Below, piece by piece: positions 52,597-64,000 of a stretch of DNA of 64,000 nt. The DNA is taken from the NCBI GenBank assembly GCA_951406725.2, contig OX597819.1, positions 96,906,001 to 96,970,000 on the forward strand, read 5' to 3'. The stretch's first letter is position 1. Every line of letters begins with the position of its first letter. Below the pieces are notes generated by a model. That model was not told the DNA's origin. It did no database searches and saw only the letters and a program-made list of their open reading frames with translations. The stretch is from Octopus vulgaris. Lineage: Eukaryota. The position numbers and the translations under genes are program-made.

Positions 52597-53148
52597 AGAG
52601 AGCAGTGCATTCAATCAAAATGACACTGGAGTAAGATATACGAAACCCAGTATACCCATCATGACTACATGTCTGACAAGGGTACACCAGGCACATGCAT
52701 CACAACCATATGTGCGCGACATGGTGATCTCATATCAAGATAAACAGTACATGACCTTACAGGTGGGGCCCAGTTAGAATTTTCTTCAGGTCGAGTAGAC
52801 CATCCCGCTCAAAAGGTCCCTGGATAAGGGTTGTTTAAGGATGATGAACAAAACACCCATGCTTCCAAAGATTAATTATTCAAACCCCAAATTATTCCCC
52901 TCAACACATGGCTATGATGCTTCCCTACTACCTCTGCTCGTGATCAGAGATACACATATCGTCAGCCGCTAAGGGACATGATTAACTGGTTATGGTCAAA
53001 TAACTGACAGGCAAATCCGTGGTATTGAGCAGAATATTTGCTGTAGCCCATCTTTTATACCAAGGACAAAACAATGTACATGATAACACTTACAGTCAGT
53101 TAAGATAAGAAGCCATGAACGCCACTGTCGAGTACTGCATCAGGGCAT
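52597..53148 (-). mobile_element. Unclassified ~550-bp non-coding interspersed repeat embedded in (TAA)n
   Basis: Flanked by TTA tracts; a fragment of the same family lies in the opposite orientation at ~5686-5790. Confidence 0.65.
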
Positions 53149-53816
53149 TTATTATTATTGTTGTTGTTGTTCCATCGAGGTCGACTTTACCGTTCATCCT
53201 TTCGGGGTCGATTAACTAAGTACCCGTAGAGTACTGGGAGTCGATGTTATCGTCTTACTCCCGTCCCCGAAATTGCTGGCCTTGTACTAAAAACTGAAAT
53301 CATTAATGTTGTTACTGCTGTTGTGGCTGTTGCTGCTGCTGCTGTTATTGTTGTTGCTGCTGCTGCTGTTGTTGAAAATATATATATCTTTTTTATCATT
53401 CCCAGGACAGCTAATAATCTTGAAAAAAAACAGAGATTACCACTTTCTGGTTGTCTCTATTTCCAGCTCTTTATATTTAGTTTATTCTATTTCTGTCTGA
53501 AATGTTCTGTGTGTCTCTTGGTATTCATTAGAAGACATTCTTTGTACAGGATCCTGTATGTATGTGAGAACAGATGGATAAGGAAACAAAGATAGATATG
53601 AAGATAGTGAATAAAAGCACAAAAATATTTAACTAGATTTTGTTGCACATATTTAGCCAATTCTGTTTGTGGAGTTTAAGTTGTTAAAAGACACAAGTCT
53701 AGTGAAGCTGTCCTTCATCACTGAGCACAGAACAACAGTGAAACATCAATACTTATTCCCTATCCTCGCCGAAGAAATTAAAACAGTATTAGCCATTGAT
53801 TAAATCCTTTATGTAT

Positions 53817-54020
53817 TGGAGAGTTTACGAAAACAAAAACAAAAGACGAAGACGGGTGGTGTACAAAACAAGCAGATGTATTCGTATAACGCTCAGGAAT
53901 AGAAAAAGTATTTTACGTTTCGAGCCTACGCTCTTCTACAGAAAGGGACACAGAAAAAAAAAAAAAAACAAGGAGAGAAACGAGGAAAGAAAAAATGTGT
54001 GTAGTGGATAACGATCTATC
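53817..54020 (-). mobile_element. Short Penelope-like repeat with hammerhead-like motif
   Basis: Homologous to 38962-39126; minus strand TTT-CTGTAGA-A-GAGC gtag GCTC-GAAA-CG-TA-AAA (53911-53945). Confidence 0.55.
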
Positions 54021-54183
54021 ATGACGACTGAATCGGACAGAAGGGTCACACACGAGAGGGAAAGTAGGGGAGATAACAAAGTAAAGATGACCCCCAACAC
54101 GAAGGTGCGTGTGTGTATAAGAGAGTATGTATATGCCTGTGAAAGAGGGCTGGTGGTCTGGACGTGTGCGTGTATGTATTTGT

Positions 54184-54236
<53 letters not shown>

Positions 54237-54244
54237 GTCGTCGT

Positions 54245-54622
54245 CGTCGTGGCACTCAGTCGATTACGACGACGAGGGTGTCAGTTGATCCAATCAACGG
54301 AACAGTCTGCTTTTGAAATTAACGTGCAAGTGGCTGAGCACTCCACAAACATGTCTACCCTTAACGTAGTTCTCGGGGATATTCAGCGTGACACAGAATG
54401 TAACAAGGCTGGCCCTTTGAAATACAGGTACAACAGAAACAGGAAGGAAGAGTGAGAGAAAGTTGTGGTGAAAGAATACAGCAGGATCTGCCACTATCCT
54501 CTGCCTGAGCCTCGTGGGGCTTTAGGTCTTTTCGCTCAATAAACACTCACAACGCCCGGTCTGGGAATCGAAACGTGATCCTACGACCACGAATCCGCTG
54601 CTCTAACTGCTGGGCCATTGCG

Positions 54623-54626
<4 letters not shown>
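54245..54626 (-). mobile_element. SINE family C (older), (GAC)n tail
   Basis: Full-length homology to 47146. Confidence 0.88.
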
Positions 54627-54687
<61 letters not shown>

Positions 54688-54709
54688 TATATATATATAT
54701 ATATGTATG

Positions 54710-54981
54710 ACGTGACCACGTGACCGATCAGACTATCAGATGTCGTTACATATCTTTGGTCGCAATGCGCTTTGCATCGTTTAAGCCATCGTTTAAGCCA
54801 TCGTTTAGCCTACTGCGCTGGCTAGGCAAACAGGCCAGCATTTCCTCCTGATCGAAAGAGGACTAGAGCAACGTGAAATGAAGTGTTTTGCTCAAGAACA
54901 CAACGCACCACCTGGTCTAGGAATCGTACTCACGATCTAGCAATCATGAGTGCAACAGCCTAACCACTAGGCCACGCGCCT
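54710..54981 (-). mobile_element. CORE-like SINE variant
   Basis: Head resembles 9907 but has a different 3' module. Confidence 0.7.
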
Positions 54982-55014
54982 TGTGTGTGTGTGTGTGTGT
55001 ATGTGTGTGTGTGT

Positions 55015-55087
<73 letters not shown>

Positions 55088-56142
55088 CGCCACATAATTA
55101 TTTCCAGTTGCTATTTTAATTCTCCGAACAATATGTGTGTTAAAACTGACATAGCTGTTGTTTTTCAATTGAAGGCACTTCTGAAATATTTATTTTCTAA
55201 ACAATTTTGTTTAACTACACCAACCATTTACTTAGCGATTCTTCCATCACAACTTCAGTAAGAATGGTAAAGTCTGTGCTTCGGTGATGGGGTCAGAATA
55301 ATATTGAAGCATGTGTAGGGTTGTCTACCATACTTGCTACAATAATACATGTAGCGATCGACAAATGTCGTTTCTTTCCTCACCACAGAATTATTCCTAA
55401 TTACATTTTCAATGAATTAATGCTTCGCACATGAGAATGTTGTAACATTTATAAATTGAATCTCCAAATATTTAAACATGTTTGTTTCACATTACTTTTT
55501 TTTTTTGCTCCAATGAAGACATACAAATATATGGCTTTTCATATGATGTCTTTCTTAGTCGAAGTTTTACCGAATTGATCATAACGTTGACGTCATTTTT
55601 ACTTCTAAATCTACTCTAACTCTTTTTTTAATTTTTTAGTATACTGTAGTATGACATAGTAATTTTTCTTACTTAATAATTATAGAGTCTGTAACAATAT
55701 TTTACTTATGCGCGTCTACATAGTAGAAACAAAGTATATCTGTTGTCCTTCCATTGAAGATAATCACATTCAAATGAGAAAATAACTTCACGGGAGACTT
55801 GAGGAGTAGCCTCCCCTGTCAATATTTCCCATGATACATTTTTGTTTTCAAAATCGTTAAAACATACTTTTATATAAGAAATTTGAAGATTTCCAACAGA
55901 TAAACATAAAGAGAAACTGAAGTAGTTCAAGTTTATTAATTAATTACATAATCTACTGTAAATAATGATGTAGATGTACTTAACTATAATTAGGTTAATC
56001 ATTTCATGCAAATTTCGGTGAGAGTAAGCGGACTTGTTCAAAGCTTCATGTTTTATATAAACACCAGCCAGTTAGAGAGATTCTAAGTAGTTGACCCGAT
56101 GGGAAATAGTAGCTAAGCTCCCTTAAATTACACTCCGACTGA

Positions 56143-56258
<116 letters not shown>

Positions 56259-57077
56259 AAAGGAAAACGTTGGAAAATGTGGTAGACCCCCTTAAAGAAA
56301 AAAGATATGATAGTCACGTTTGGAATGTTTTATCATAAGTCTGCTCAATCAAGACCTACCAGGGGATTTAACAACAAAGCTGCACATGGACAAGCAAACA
56401 GTAGAGTTAAGTGTTCGTATCCAATTCCTTGTTACCAAACCTCAACACACACTGTTCCACCTAACTGTAATAGATAAATACCTCTTAGAGGGTAGAGCAG
56501 CTCACCGTTGTGAGAATGCTATAGAGATATTGCACATAATTGTAAATAACTTCTAGTATTTGGGGATGGAGAGCATATTTATGTAGGTAGATGTTTTTGT
56601 TGGTGGTAAATTATGTATTGAATGGAGACAATGGCGGGTATTACTTTAAATGTGTTCAAAGAGCGGGTTTCTTGGAGCTTGAGAAATGCTGTTGTATCTG
56701 GGCGATCGTTGAGATGTGATAGCATATATGTATAAGATGTAGGAATCTCACAGATTCAAAAGGAATGCGTGAGAGGAGAGAATCTTGTAGTACATCATTC
56801 AGAAAAAATGTCGATTCTAAACATGCCGTTGTTATGTATTACATGGGTTTGGGAGATGATTTATGTAACACTGTTTTTTTTTGGGGGGGGGGTTGTGTAT
56901 TTAAGGAGATGTTAACTATTTGTGTATAACGGGGCTACTGGGTATTGATCCCAGAGTTTTGTTGTTTTTTATGTTAGTGTTAGGTAGAACGGTGCATATG
57001 TGTATGTTGTTATTTTGGCTTTTCAGGTATTCGCATATTTTTTTAAGCTGTGTGAGTTGTGTGGTAGTTATTTATAA

Positions 57078-57464
57078 GTGGAGGCGCAATGGCCCAGTGG
57101 TTAGGGCAGCGGACTCGCGGTCATAGGATCGCGGTTTTGATTCCCAGACCGGGCGTTGTGAGTGTTTATTGAGCGAAAACACCTAAAAGCTCCACGAGGC
57201 TCCGGCAGGGGATGGTGGTGATCCCTGCTGTATTCTTTCACCACAACTTTCTCTCACTCTTACTTCCTGTTTCTGTTGTACCTGTATTTCAAGGGGCCGG
57301 CCTTGTCACTCTCTGTGTCACGCTGAATATCCCCGAGAACTACGTTAAGGGTGCACGTGTCTGTGGAGTGCTCAGCCACTTACACGTTAATTTCACGAGC
57401 AGGCTGTTCCGTTGATTCGGATCAACCGGAACCCTCATCGTCGTAACCGACGGAGTGCTTCCAC
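57078..57464 (+). mobile_element. SINE family C (young) with 11-bp TSD
   Basis: TSD agttatttata at 57066-57076 and 57465-57475. Confidence 0.92.
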
Positions 57465-57499
57465 AGTTATTTATAGAGGAAGACGTCCAGGTTAGTGAT

Positions 57500-59390
57500 A
57501 TCAAAAGCATATCTTTCTAAAGTTTTTCATAAAGACGTGTATACAAAGGTAATTTATCTTTGTGAGGCTATTCAGAAAAATGGTGCTAATTTTATAGTCT
57601 TACGATCTTTTGCATTTTACAACGTTGGTGGAAATAATCACGGAGGATAAAAGAAATTCTTCTGGTTCATGTTTGTGAGTATCAAGAGCCCAAGATACGT
57701 TCCACTAAAACCACCATACACTTTGTCTCTGTTTCTGAGTTGATGTGATATTACTGTCTATTTAACTGTTACCAGCTACTTCAAAGTGCATTCTAGTCAT
57801 TCTTCCCCACCACTGGATGAATTTATATTACTGCATACCTAAATGTCATCTCGGCTATAGTTGGAAAAACACGAGGGAAAGGTATCTGGATTTTTTTTCA
57901 TTTTGAAAAACAAGCTACATCTCCATTAACCTCCTCCAATCACCAAACATATTTTTTTATAGGGAGTAAATATCGGAAGTTCCATATAGATTTTTGTTCT
58001 TGGAGATGTTGCAATCTAAAGACGGGTATATTTTTGCAGGTGAATGAAACTAAAATCAATATTGTGCGTATATTTTCAACTCAAGAACCTCAAAGGAGGA
58101 TTCCCTGGAATGTTTCACAAAAGTTCACTGTATCTGGAGACTGAATCATTTTGCTTTGTTCTTTCGTAGAGAACCACCAATATATCAAGACTTTTATGGG
58201 TTAGGGTTAGGGGCGGTGCACAAATATGTCTATAACCTAGATATAAGAATAGTGGAATTTTTCATTACTTCCCCACAGATGTTCTCGCTTTCTTTTCCTT
58301 TCATTGTTACCGTAATATTTACACCCGACGGATGGCAGATCTCTACAACGATGAATGAATTTTGCTCCTAATCCTATGCAACAATATCTGGTTAGTTGTG
58401 CTTATACCAGGTGGCTGCTTTTATTGAAACGTTCCCCTGGTATCCATTATTTATAAAGGTGTAGATACTTCCTGGTTCTGGTGTACCTTTGGTGTTACTG
58501 TCAGGGAAATTCTTCCTTTATATAGCAATGTAGATGATTTTAGCGACAATATTATGTTTTAAGGAAAGGTAGTTTCAGGCGGACATTATTGGACAGCGGA
58601 TAATGATATGGGTGAATCTTCCACTTGAGATGACGTATTTAATTGCCTATCAAAATGTAATATTGGTACATAATAACCCCATCGTGAACCGTGTCTTCAA
58701 ATCGTACCTATAACAGATAGATGGATTGGGTTACTGATGGTTGAATTATTTTGCCAATCACACTGTGTAACACAGATATTAGGAAGGTATGAACCATTGA
58801 CACCTCTATCCAATATATGGTGGCATCGTATACAAGAGCTAGTTGAACAGACTCTGGACTTCAGGTTCAACATCTTCAGCTGAATAAAGAACTATTAGGT
58901 CTCGGCAACAATTGCTAATCTACATAAGTTTGTGATAGACATGCTAGACACACACACACACACACACATGTATGTATGTATGTATGTATGTATGTATGTA
59001 TGTATGTATGTATGTATGTATGTATGTATGTATGTATGTATGTATGTATGTATGTATTTTTCTCGCTATATTTTGTGTTCGTTTGTGTTTTGCATCTGTG
59101 ACTTTATTTTCGATCTTCTGTATAAACGAAGATATTTCGTTCGTTTTGCTGCTTTTCTTTCTATGAAATGAGAACATACATTGCAGAACTGTTATTTTAA
59201 TGAGTTGTATCTATTTATCACCCGATGAGACACATGGGCACCGCCGGATGCTCCTGAACCAGTTTTTTAGTGAACCACCCGTGAGTGATCGTTATTAGAT
59301 GTGTCTGTCGCAACAATTCACGTGATTAATAATAAAAATTCTCGTATATTCCATCTTCCGTCTTTCCATCTACATAACGAACACTATGAA
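57500..59390 (-). pseudogene. Highly decayed Helitron Rep-helicase remnant
   Basis: Ordered remnants across frames (ITHGW..HPAVPMC, VCSTSSCIR, ISVTQCDWQ, PSVTQ, PPETT, STLLYK, GSIYT, PGERF, HSPAK..CNISKN, NINSS) echo the RepHel order MIHGPC, VEVCSS, YIS..EA.WR, PSV, TLLY, GRVYTV, HSAFKLP..CNI, CLKSS. Confidence 0.5.
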
Positions 59391-59462
59391 TGTGACCATG
59401 CTTTACCAGTAAGATACCAGATGTAAACCATTTGCTTTATTATATATTATTATATATATAAT

Positions 59463-59790
59463 AGGTACAGGAGTGGTTGTGTGGTAAGTAGCTTGCTTAC
59501 CAACCACATGGTCCCGGGTTCAGTCCCACTACGTGGCACCTTGGGCAAGTGTCTTCTACTATAGCCTCGGGCCAACCAAAGCCTTGTGAGTGGATTTGGT
59601 AAACGGAAACTGAAAGAAACCCGTCGTATATGTGTGTGTGTGTGTGTATGTTTGTATGTCTGTGTTTGTACCCCCAACATCGCTTGACAACCGATGCTAG
59701 TGTATTTACTTCCTCGTAACTTAGCGGTTCGGCAAAAGAGACCGATAAAATAAGTACTAGGCTTACAAAGAATAAGTCTTGGGGTCGATT
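59463..59790 (+). mobile_element. SINE family B, 3'-truncated
   Basis: Family-B homology that ends abruptly at the MITE junction. Confidence 0.88.
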
Positions 59791-60031
59791 TACCTCGATA
59801 TACGAGTAAATCTATTCTTGGAGGTCGCTCGTAAAGCGAAAACTCGTAAATCGGAGCAATAATTTTCCATAGTAGCAATATTAAGAATCGTAATTTGTTC
59901 CCAGAAAAATATTTTAAGTATAAAATTAATAATACTTGTAAGTAAATAGCATTAAAACAACAGTAGAATGTAAATAGTATTTTATGTAAAGTAAAAAGAA
60001 TGTCGAGATCATTCATAATAAAAGATATTAC

Positions 60032-60101
<70 letters not shown>

Positions 60102-60360
60102 GCTCTCTCAATCACTTTCATTTGCACTAGACTTGCACACATCATCACTTGTAGACGCGATCGCCGACTCACAAGCGGACTTGTAAATTTGTTTTTAAAA
60201 ACAAGTCTAAAAATTGTTTGCTTAGAAGCTTTCTTCGCTCGTTATAAATATAACACGCAGAAACATTTATAGAAACTTTTACACTTCGTTCAAAATTTAG
60301 ACCTTAGCTGTTTAACCTGTTATATTTATTATAAAATAGAACTCGTAAAGTGAGGTATTA

Positions 60361-60364
<4 letters not shown>
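59791..60364. mobile_element. Tc1/mariner (Tigger/pogo-like) MITE remnant
   Basis: Inverted termini tacctcgatatacgag / ctcgtaaagtgaggtattac followed by a TA run; subterminal ctcgtaaa repeats. Confidence 0.55.
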
Positions 60365-60398
<34 letters not shown>

Positions 60399-60400
<2 letters not shown>

Positions 60401-60739
60401 TCTTTACTCTCTTTTGCTTGTTTCAGTCATTTGACTGCGGCCATGCTGGAGCACTGCCTTTAGTCGAGCAAATCGACCCCGGGACTTATTCTTTGTAAGC
60501 CTAGTACTTATTCTATCGGTTTTTTTAGGCCGAACCGCTAAGTGACGTAAATACACCAGCATCGGTTGTCAAGCAATGCTAGGGGGACAAACACAGACAC
60601 ACAAACACAGACACACACACATACATATATATACATATATACGACAGGCTTCTTTCAGTTTCCGTCTACCAAATCCACTCACAAGACATTGGTCGGCCCG
60701 GGGCTATAGCAGAAGACACTTGCCCAAGATGCCACGCAG

Positions 60740-60740
<1 letters not shown>
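60399..60740 (-). mobile_element. SINE family B, 5'-truncated
   Basis: Family-B homology and the (actctttt)n tail. Confidence 0.88.
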
Positions 60741-60781
<41 letters not shown>

Positions 60782-61047
60782 ATATATAGCACGCACACAC
60801 ATCTAATCTTGAAAATACAACCATGAAAATACTGGAGCCATTATAGTAAGTTTGATAACGCAGAAAAAGGAAAAAGAAAGAGTTATGTACCTTGATTACC
60901 ATGCAAGAATTATTTCCCTTGGGTTACTCGCCGCTATTCTTTTGAGTAAAATTGACTTTCGCTGAGTTTCTCATAAAATAAAATTACCCATAAAGGTTAC
61001 TTCAGATTAATTTCATTTGGTTATTTTAATAAATGTTAAGAATATAT

Positions 61048-61452
61048 TGGAGTGGCTGTGTGGTAAGTAGCTTGCTAACCAACCACATGGTTCCGGGTTC
61101 AGTCCCACTGCGTGGCATCTTCGGCAAGTGTCTTCTGCTACAGCCTCGGGCCGACCAAAGCCTTGTGAGTGGATTTGGTAGACGGAAACTGAAAGAAGCC
61201 TGTCGTATATATGTATATATATGTATGTGTATGTGTTTGTGTGTCTGTGTTTGTACCCCTAGCATTGCTTGACAACCGATGCTGGTGTGTTTACGTCCCC
61301 GTCACTTAGTGGTTCGGCAAAAGAGACCGATTGAATAAGTACTGGGCTTACAAAGAATAAGCCCTGGGGTCGATTTGCTCGACTAAAGGCGGTGCTCCAG
61401 CATGGCCGCAGTCAAATGACTGAAACAAATAAAAGAGTAAAGAGTAAAAGAG
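61048..61452 (+). mobile_element. SINE family B, near full length
   Basis: Family-B homology and the (aaaagagt)n tail. Confidence 0.9.
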
Positions 61453-61689
61453 ATGTGGAAGACATAAATTTTTGGTTGTATAACATACCTGTTATAAAGT
61501 TAATATAGTATAGGATGCTACACAGACTGGCCATCACAAAGAAAGAGAGAAATAAAGCTTGTTGTCACAACTAGAGTGTGGATTTCATCACAAGGCTGAC
61601 AAATATAAATAATGGGCTTTCGTCTTAAATAGGAATGTAATAAAAAGCTTGGTGAATTGATTGGGCAATATGCAGTGCTTGAGAAGACC

Positions 61690-62046
61690 TGTTGAGTCAA
61701 ATGAAATCATTGTCATGACCAGTACCACTTGACAGGCATCCATGCCGGTGGCATGTAAAAAGTATCATTGAGTGTAGTCGTTGCCAGGCCACTGGACTGG
61801 CTCCCGTGCTGGTGGCATATAAAAAGCACCATTCAAGGGTGGTCAATGCCAGTGTCACCTGGCTGGCCCCCATGCTGGTGGCTCATAAAAAGCACCCACT
61901 ACACTCTCAGAGTGGTTGGTATTAGGAAGAGCATCCAGGTGTGGAAACCTTGCCAGATCAGATTGTTACCTGGTGCACCCTCCTGGCTTGCCAGTCTTCG
62001 GTCACACCGTACAACCCATGCCAGCATGGAAAGCAGACGTTAAACG
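61690..62046 (+). mobile_element. SINE family D 3' part with internal ~65-bp tandem units and (GAT)n tail
   Basis: Three 'gcYggtggc...taaaaagcaYc' units, 'ttaggaagagcatccag' and the tail 'cccatgccagcatggaaagcagacgttaaacgatgatg'; the tail also occurs at 62760-62810. Confidence 0.75.
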
Positions 62047-62604
62047 ATGATGATGATGATGAGGATGATGATGATGATGATGGTGGTGGTAGTGGTGGTG
62101 ATGGTGGTGGTGGTGGTGGTGGTGGTGGTGGTGGTGGTGGTGGTGGTGGTGGTGGTGGTGGTGGTGGTAGTGGTGATGATGATGATGATGATGATGTTGT
62201 GGTCTGAAATTGGTCTACACAGAAATAGTACAAAGAATAAGGCAACGTTCAAAATTACAATGTGATACCAAAAGAAACTTAGGACATATGACCTATGAGT
62301 AAAGTTGCCCAGTATATTAAGCACTTAACCAACATCCATCCACATGCTGGCCATAATCACTCTATACATATTAATTAATGGTTTCAATTACAGCCACCAT
62401 CTCAGTTGTTTGAAATATATTTGATGGGTTTTGAAGAAAGCCATAGGTGAGAGCAGAAGTGAGAGTTGGCAAAGCAGAGGGTTGTGAAGATAAAGACAGG
62501 TTAAGGGAGAGGATGAAGGTGAAAGGAGGAGGTGAGCCTTTTGTAAAGAATTTTCTTTATAGCTGTATCCATCTGCTATGTCTACCAGGATTTGAAACAA
62601 TAAA

Positions 62605-62640
<36 letters not shown>

Positions 62641-62725
62641 TGATATTTCATGTATTTCAATCAATATATCAGTATGGTTTTCTTATATTTTCATGCATGC
62701 ACACACACACACACGATTATATGTA

Positions 62726-62759
<34 letters not shown>

Positions 62760-62824
62760 CCCATGCTAGCATGGAAAGCGGACGCTAAACGATGATGATG
62801 ATGATGATGATATATATATATATA

Positions 62825-63070
62825 GTGAAGGTGCATGGCTTAGTGGTTAGGGTGTTGCACTCATGACTGCAAGATTGTAGGTTCACTTCCCAGACCAGGT
62901 GTTGCATTGTGTTTTGGGGCAAAGCACTTCAATTCATGTTGCTCTGAGATCATTTCATCATCTAACATGTGGCACCTGTACAGGTAATGTTGATTTGATG
63001 GAGCGAATTAGCTTATGTGAACACAAACACTTTGATCACTACAAACAAATCATTTAACAACAGAGGAGTC
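62825..63070 (+). mobile_element. Old CORE-like SINE
   Basis: Head resembles 9907 and 54981. Confidence 0.7.
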
Positions 63071-63086
63071 CATGATGATAAGGACG

Positions 63087-63117
<31 letters not shown>

Positions 63118-63443
63118 AATACAGTGTACATTTAAACACATAAGAGATGGCCATAACAGGACATCTGACCCACCAGGAGTAGTTAAACTCCAAACCACTA
63201 TTAGAGGTAATTTCAAAAGGGAATGAAAAATAACCAGATACATCTGCACTGTCGGATGCTCCCACTCGTGAGTGATCGTTATTAGATGTGTCAAAACAAT
63301 TCACGTGATTAATAATAAAATTCTTGTATATTCCATCTTCCATCTTTTCATCTACACAACGAACACTATGAATGTGACCATGCTTTACCAGTAAGATACC
63401 AGATGTAAACCATTTGCTTTATTATATATTATTATATATATAA

Positions 63444-63615
63444 TAGGTACAGGAGTGGCTGTGTGGTAAGTAGCTTGCTTACCAACCACATGGTCCTGGG
63501 TTCAGTCCTACTACGTGGCACCTTGGGCAAGTGACTTCTACTATAGCATCGGGCCGACCAAAGCCTTGAGAGTGGATTTGGTAGACAGAAACTGAAAGAA
63601 GCCCGTCGTATATAC

Positions 63616-63662
<47 letters not shown>

Positions 63663-63858
63663 TGTGTGTGTATATGTTTGTGTCTGTGTTTGTCCCCCCA
63701 ACATCGCTTGACAACCGATGCTGGTGTGTTTACATCCCTGTAACTTAGCGGTTCGGCAAAAGAGAATGATAGAATAAGTACTAGGCTTACAAAGAATAAG
63801 TCCTGGGGTCGATTTGCTTGACTAAAGGTGGTGCTCCAGCATGGCCACAGTCACATGA
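63444..63858 (+). mobile_element. SINE family B (duplicated together with its flank; paralog at 59463)
   Basis: Family-B homology; the upstream flank is the same as that of the 59463 copy. Confidence 0.9.
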
Positions 63859-64000
63859 TTTTCTTCCATAATATTTATGAAAATACTCACATGCTCAGTA
63901 AATTTGTCTTTCATTATCTTATTTCAGACTTAATTTTACTCTTTTAAACAAACTTCAAAATAATACATCCTCTGCATGATTCATTTATTATGCTAAAAAT

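Noticed and set aside
58198-58213. TTAGGG hexamers (also telomere-like words near 39620-39660)
   Set aside because: Only about two units; too short to call interstitial telomeric DNA.
61740-61900. Regularly spaced repeats reminiscent of a CRISPR array
   Set aside because: Internal tandem units of a eukaryotic SINE; the intervening sequences are mutually related and there are no cas genes.

Overview
AT-rich, microsatellite-dense eukaryotic DNA. The SINE families look like those of coleoid cephalopods (probably Octopus); that assignment is from recall and was not searched. I see no intact host gene, tRNA/rRNA gene or CRISPR array, and almost all listed ORFs are microsatellite or repeat artefacts. 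The window is a transposon graveyard: more than 30 tRNA-derived SINE copies from several modular families; decayed LINE fragments (Tx1/L1, R4/Dong, Hero, RTE, L2-like); a Chapaev3-type transposase pseudogene; hAT, Tigger-like and 8-bp-TSD MITEs; and Helitron pieces. Four things stand out. (1) A very young, non-coding 2.74-kb LTR element (17829-20572, minus strand) with near-identical LTRs, a tRNA-Trp PBS, a PPT and a 4-bp TSD, nested in a SINE. (2) A set of Penelope-type minimal hammerhead-ribozyme motifs, including two inside a 1-nt-loop ~450-bp palindrome and one with a fully canonical core at 41893-41923. (3) An apparently full-length ORF1-only ('half-L1'-like) Tx1 derivative at 50664-52491. 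(4) A 3' terminal motif shared by Tx1 LINEs, that ORF1-only element and a SINE family. All alignments were made by eye.
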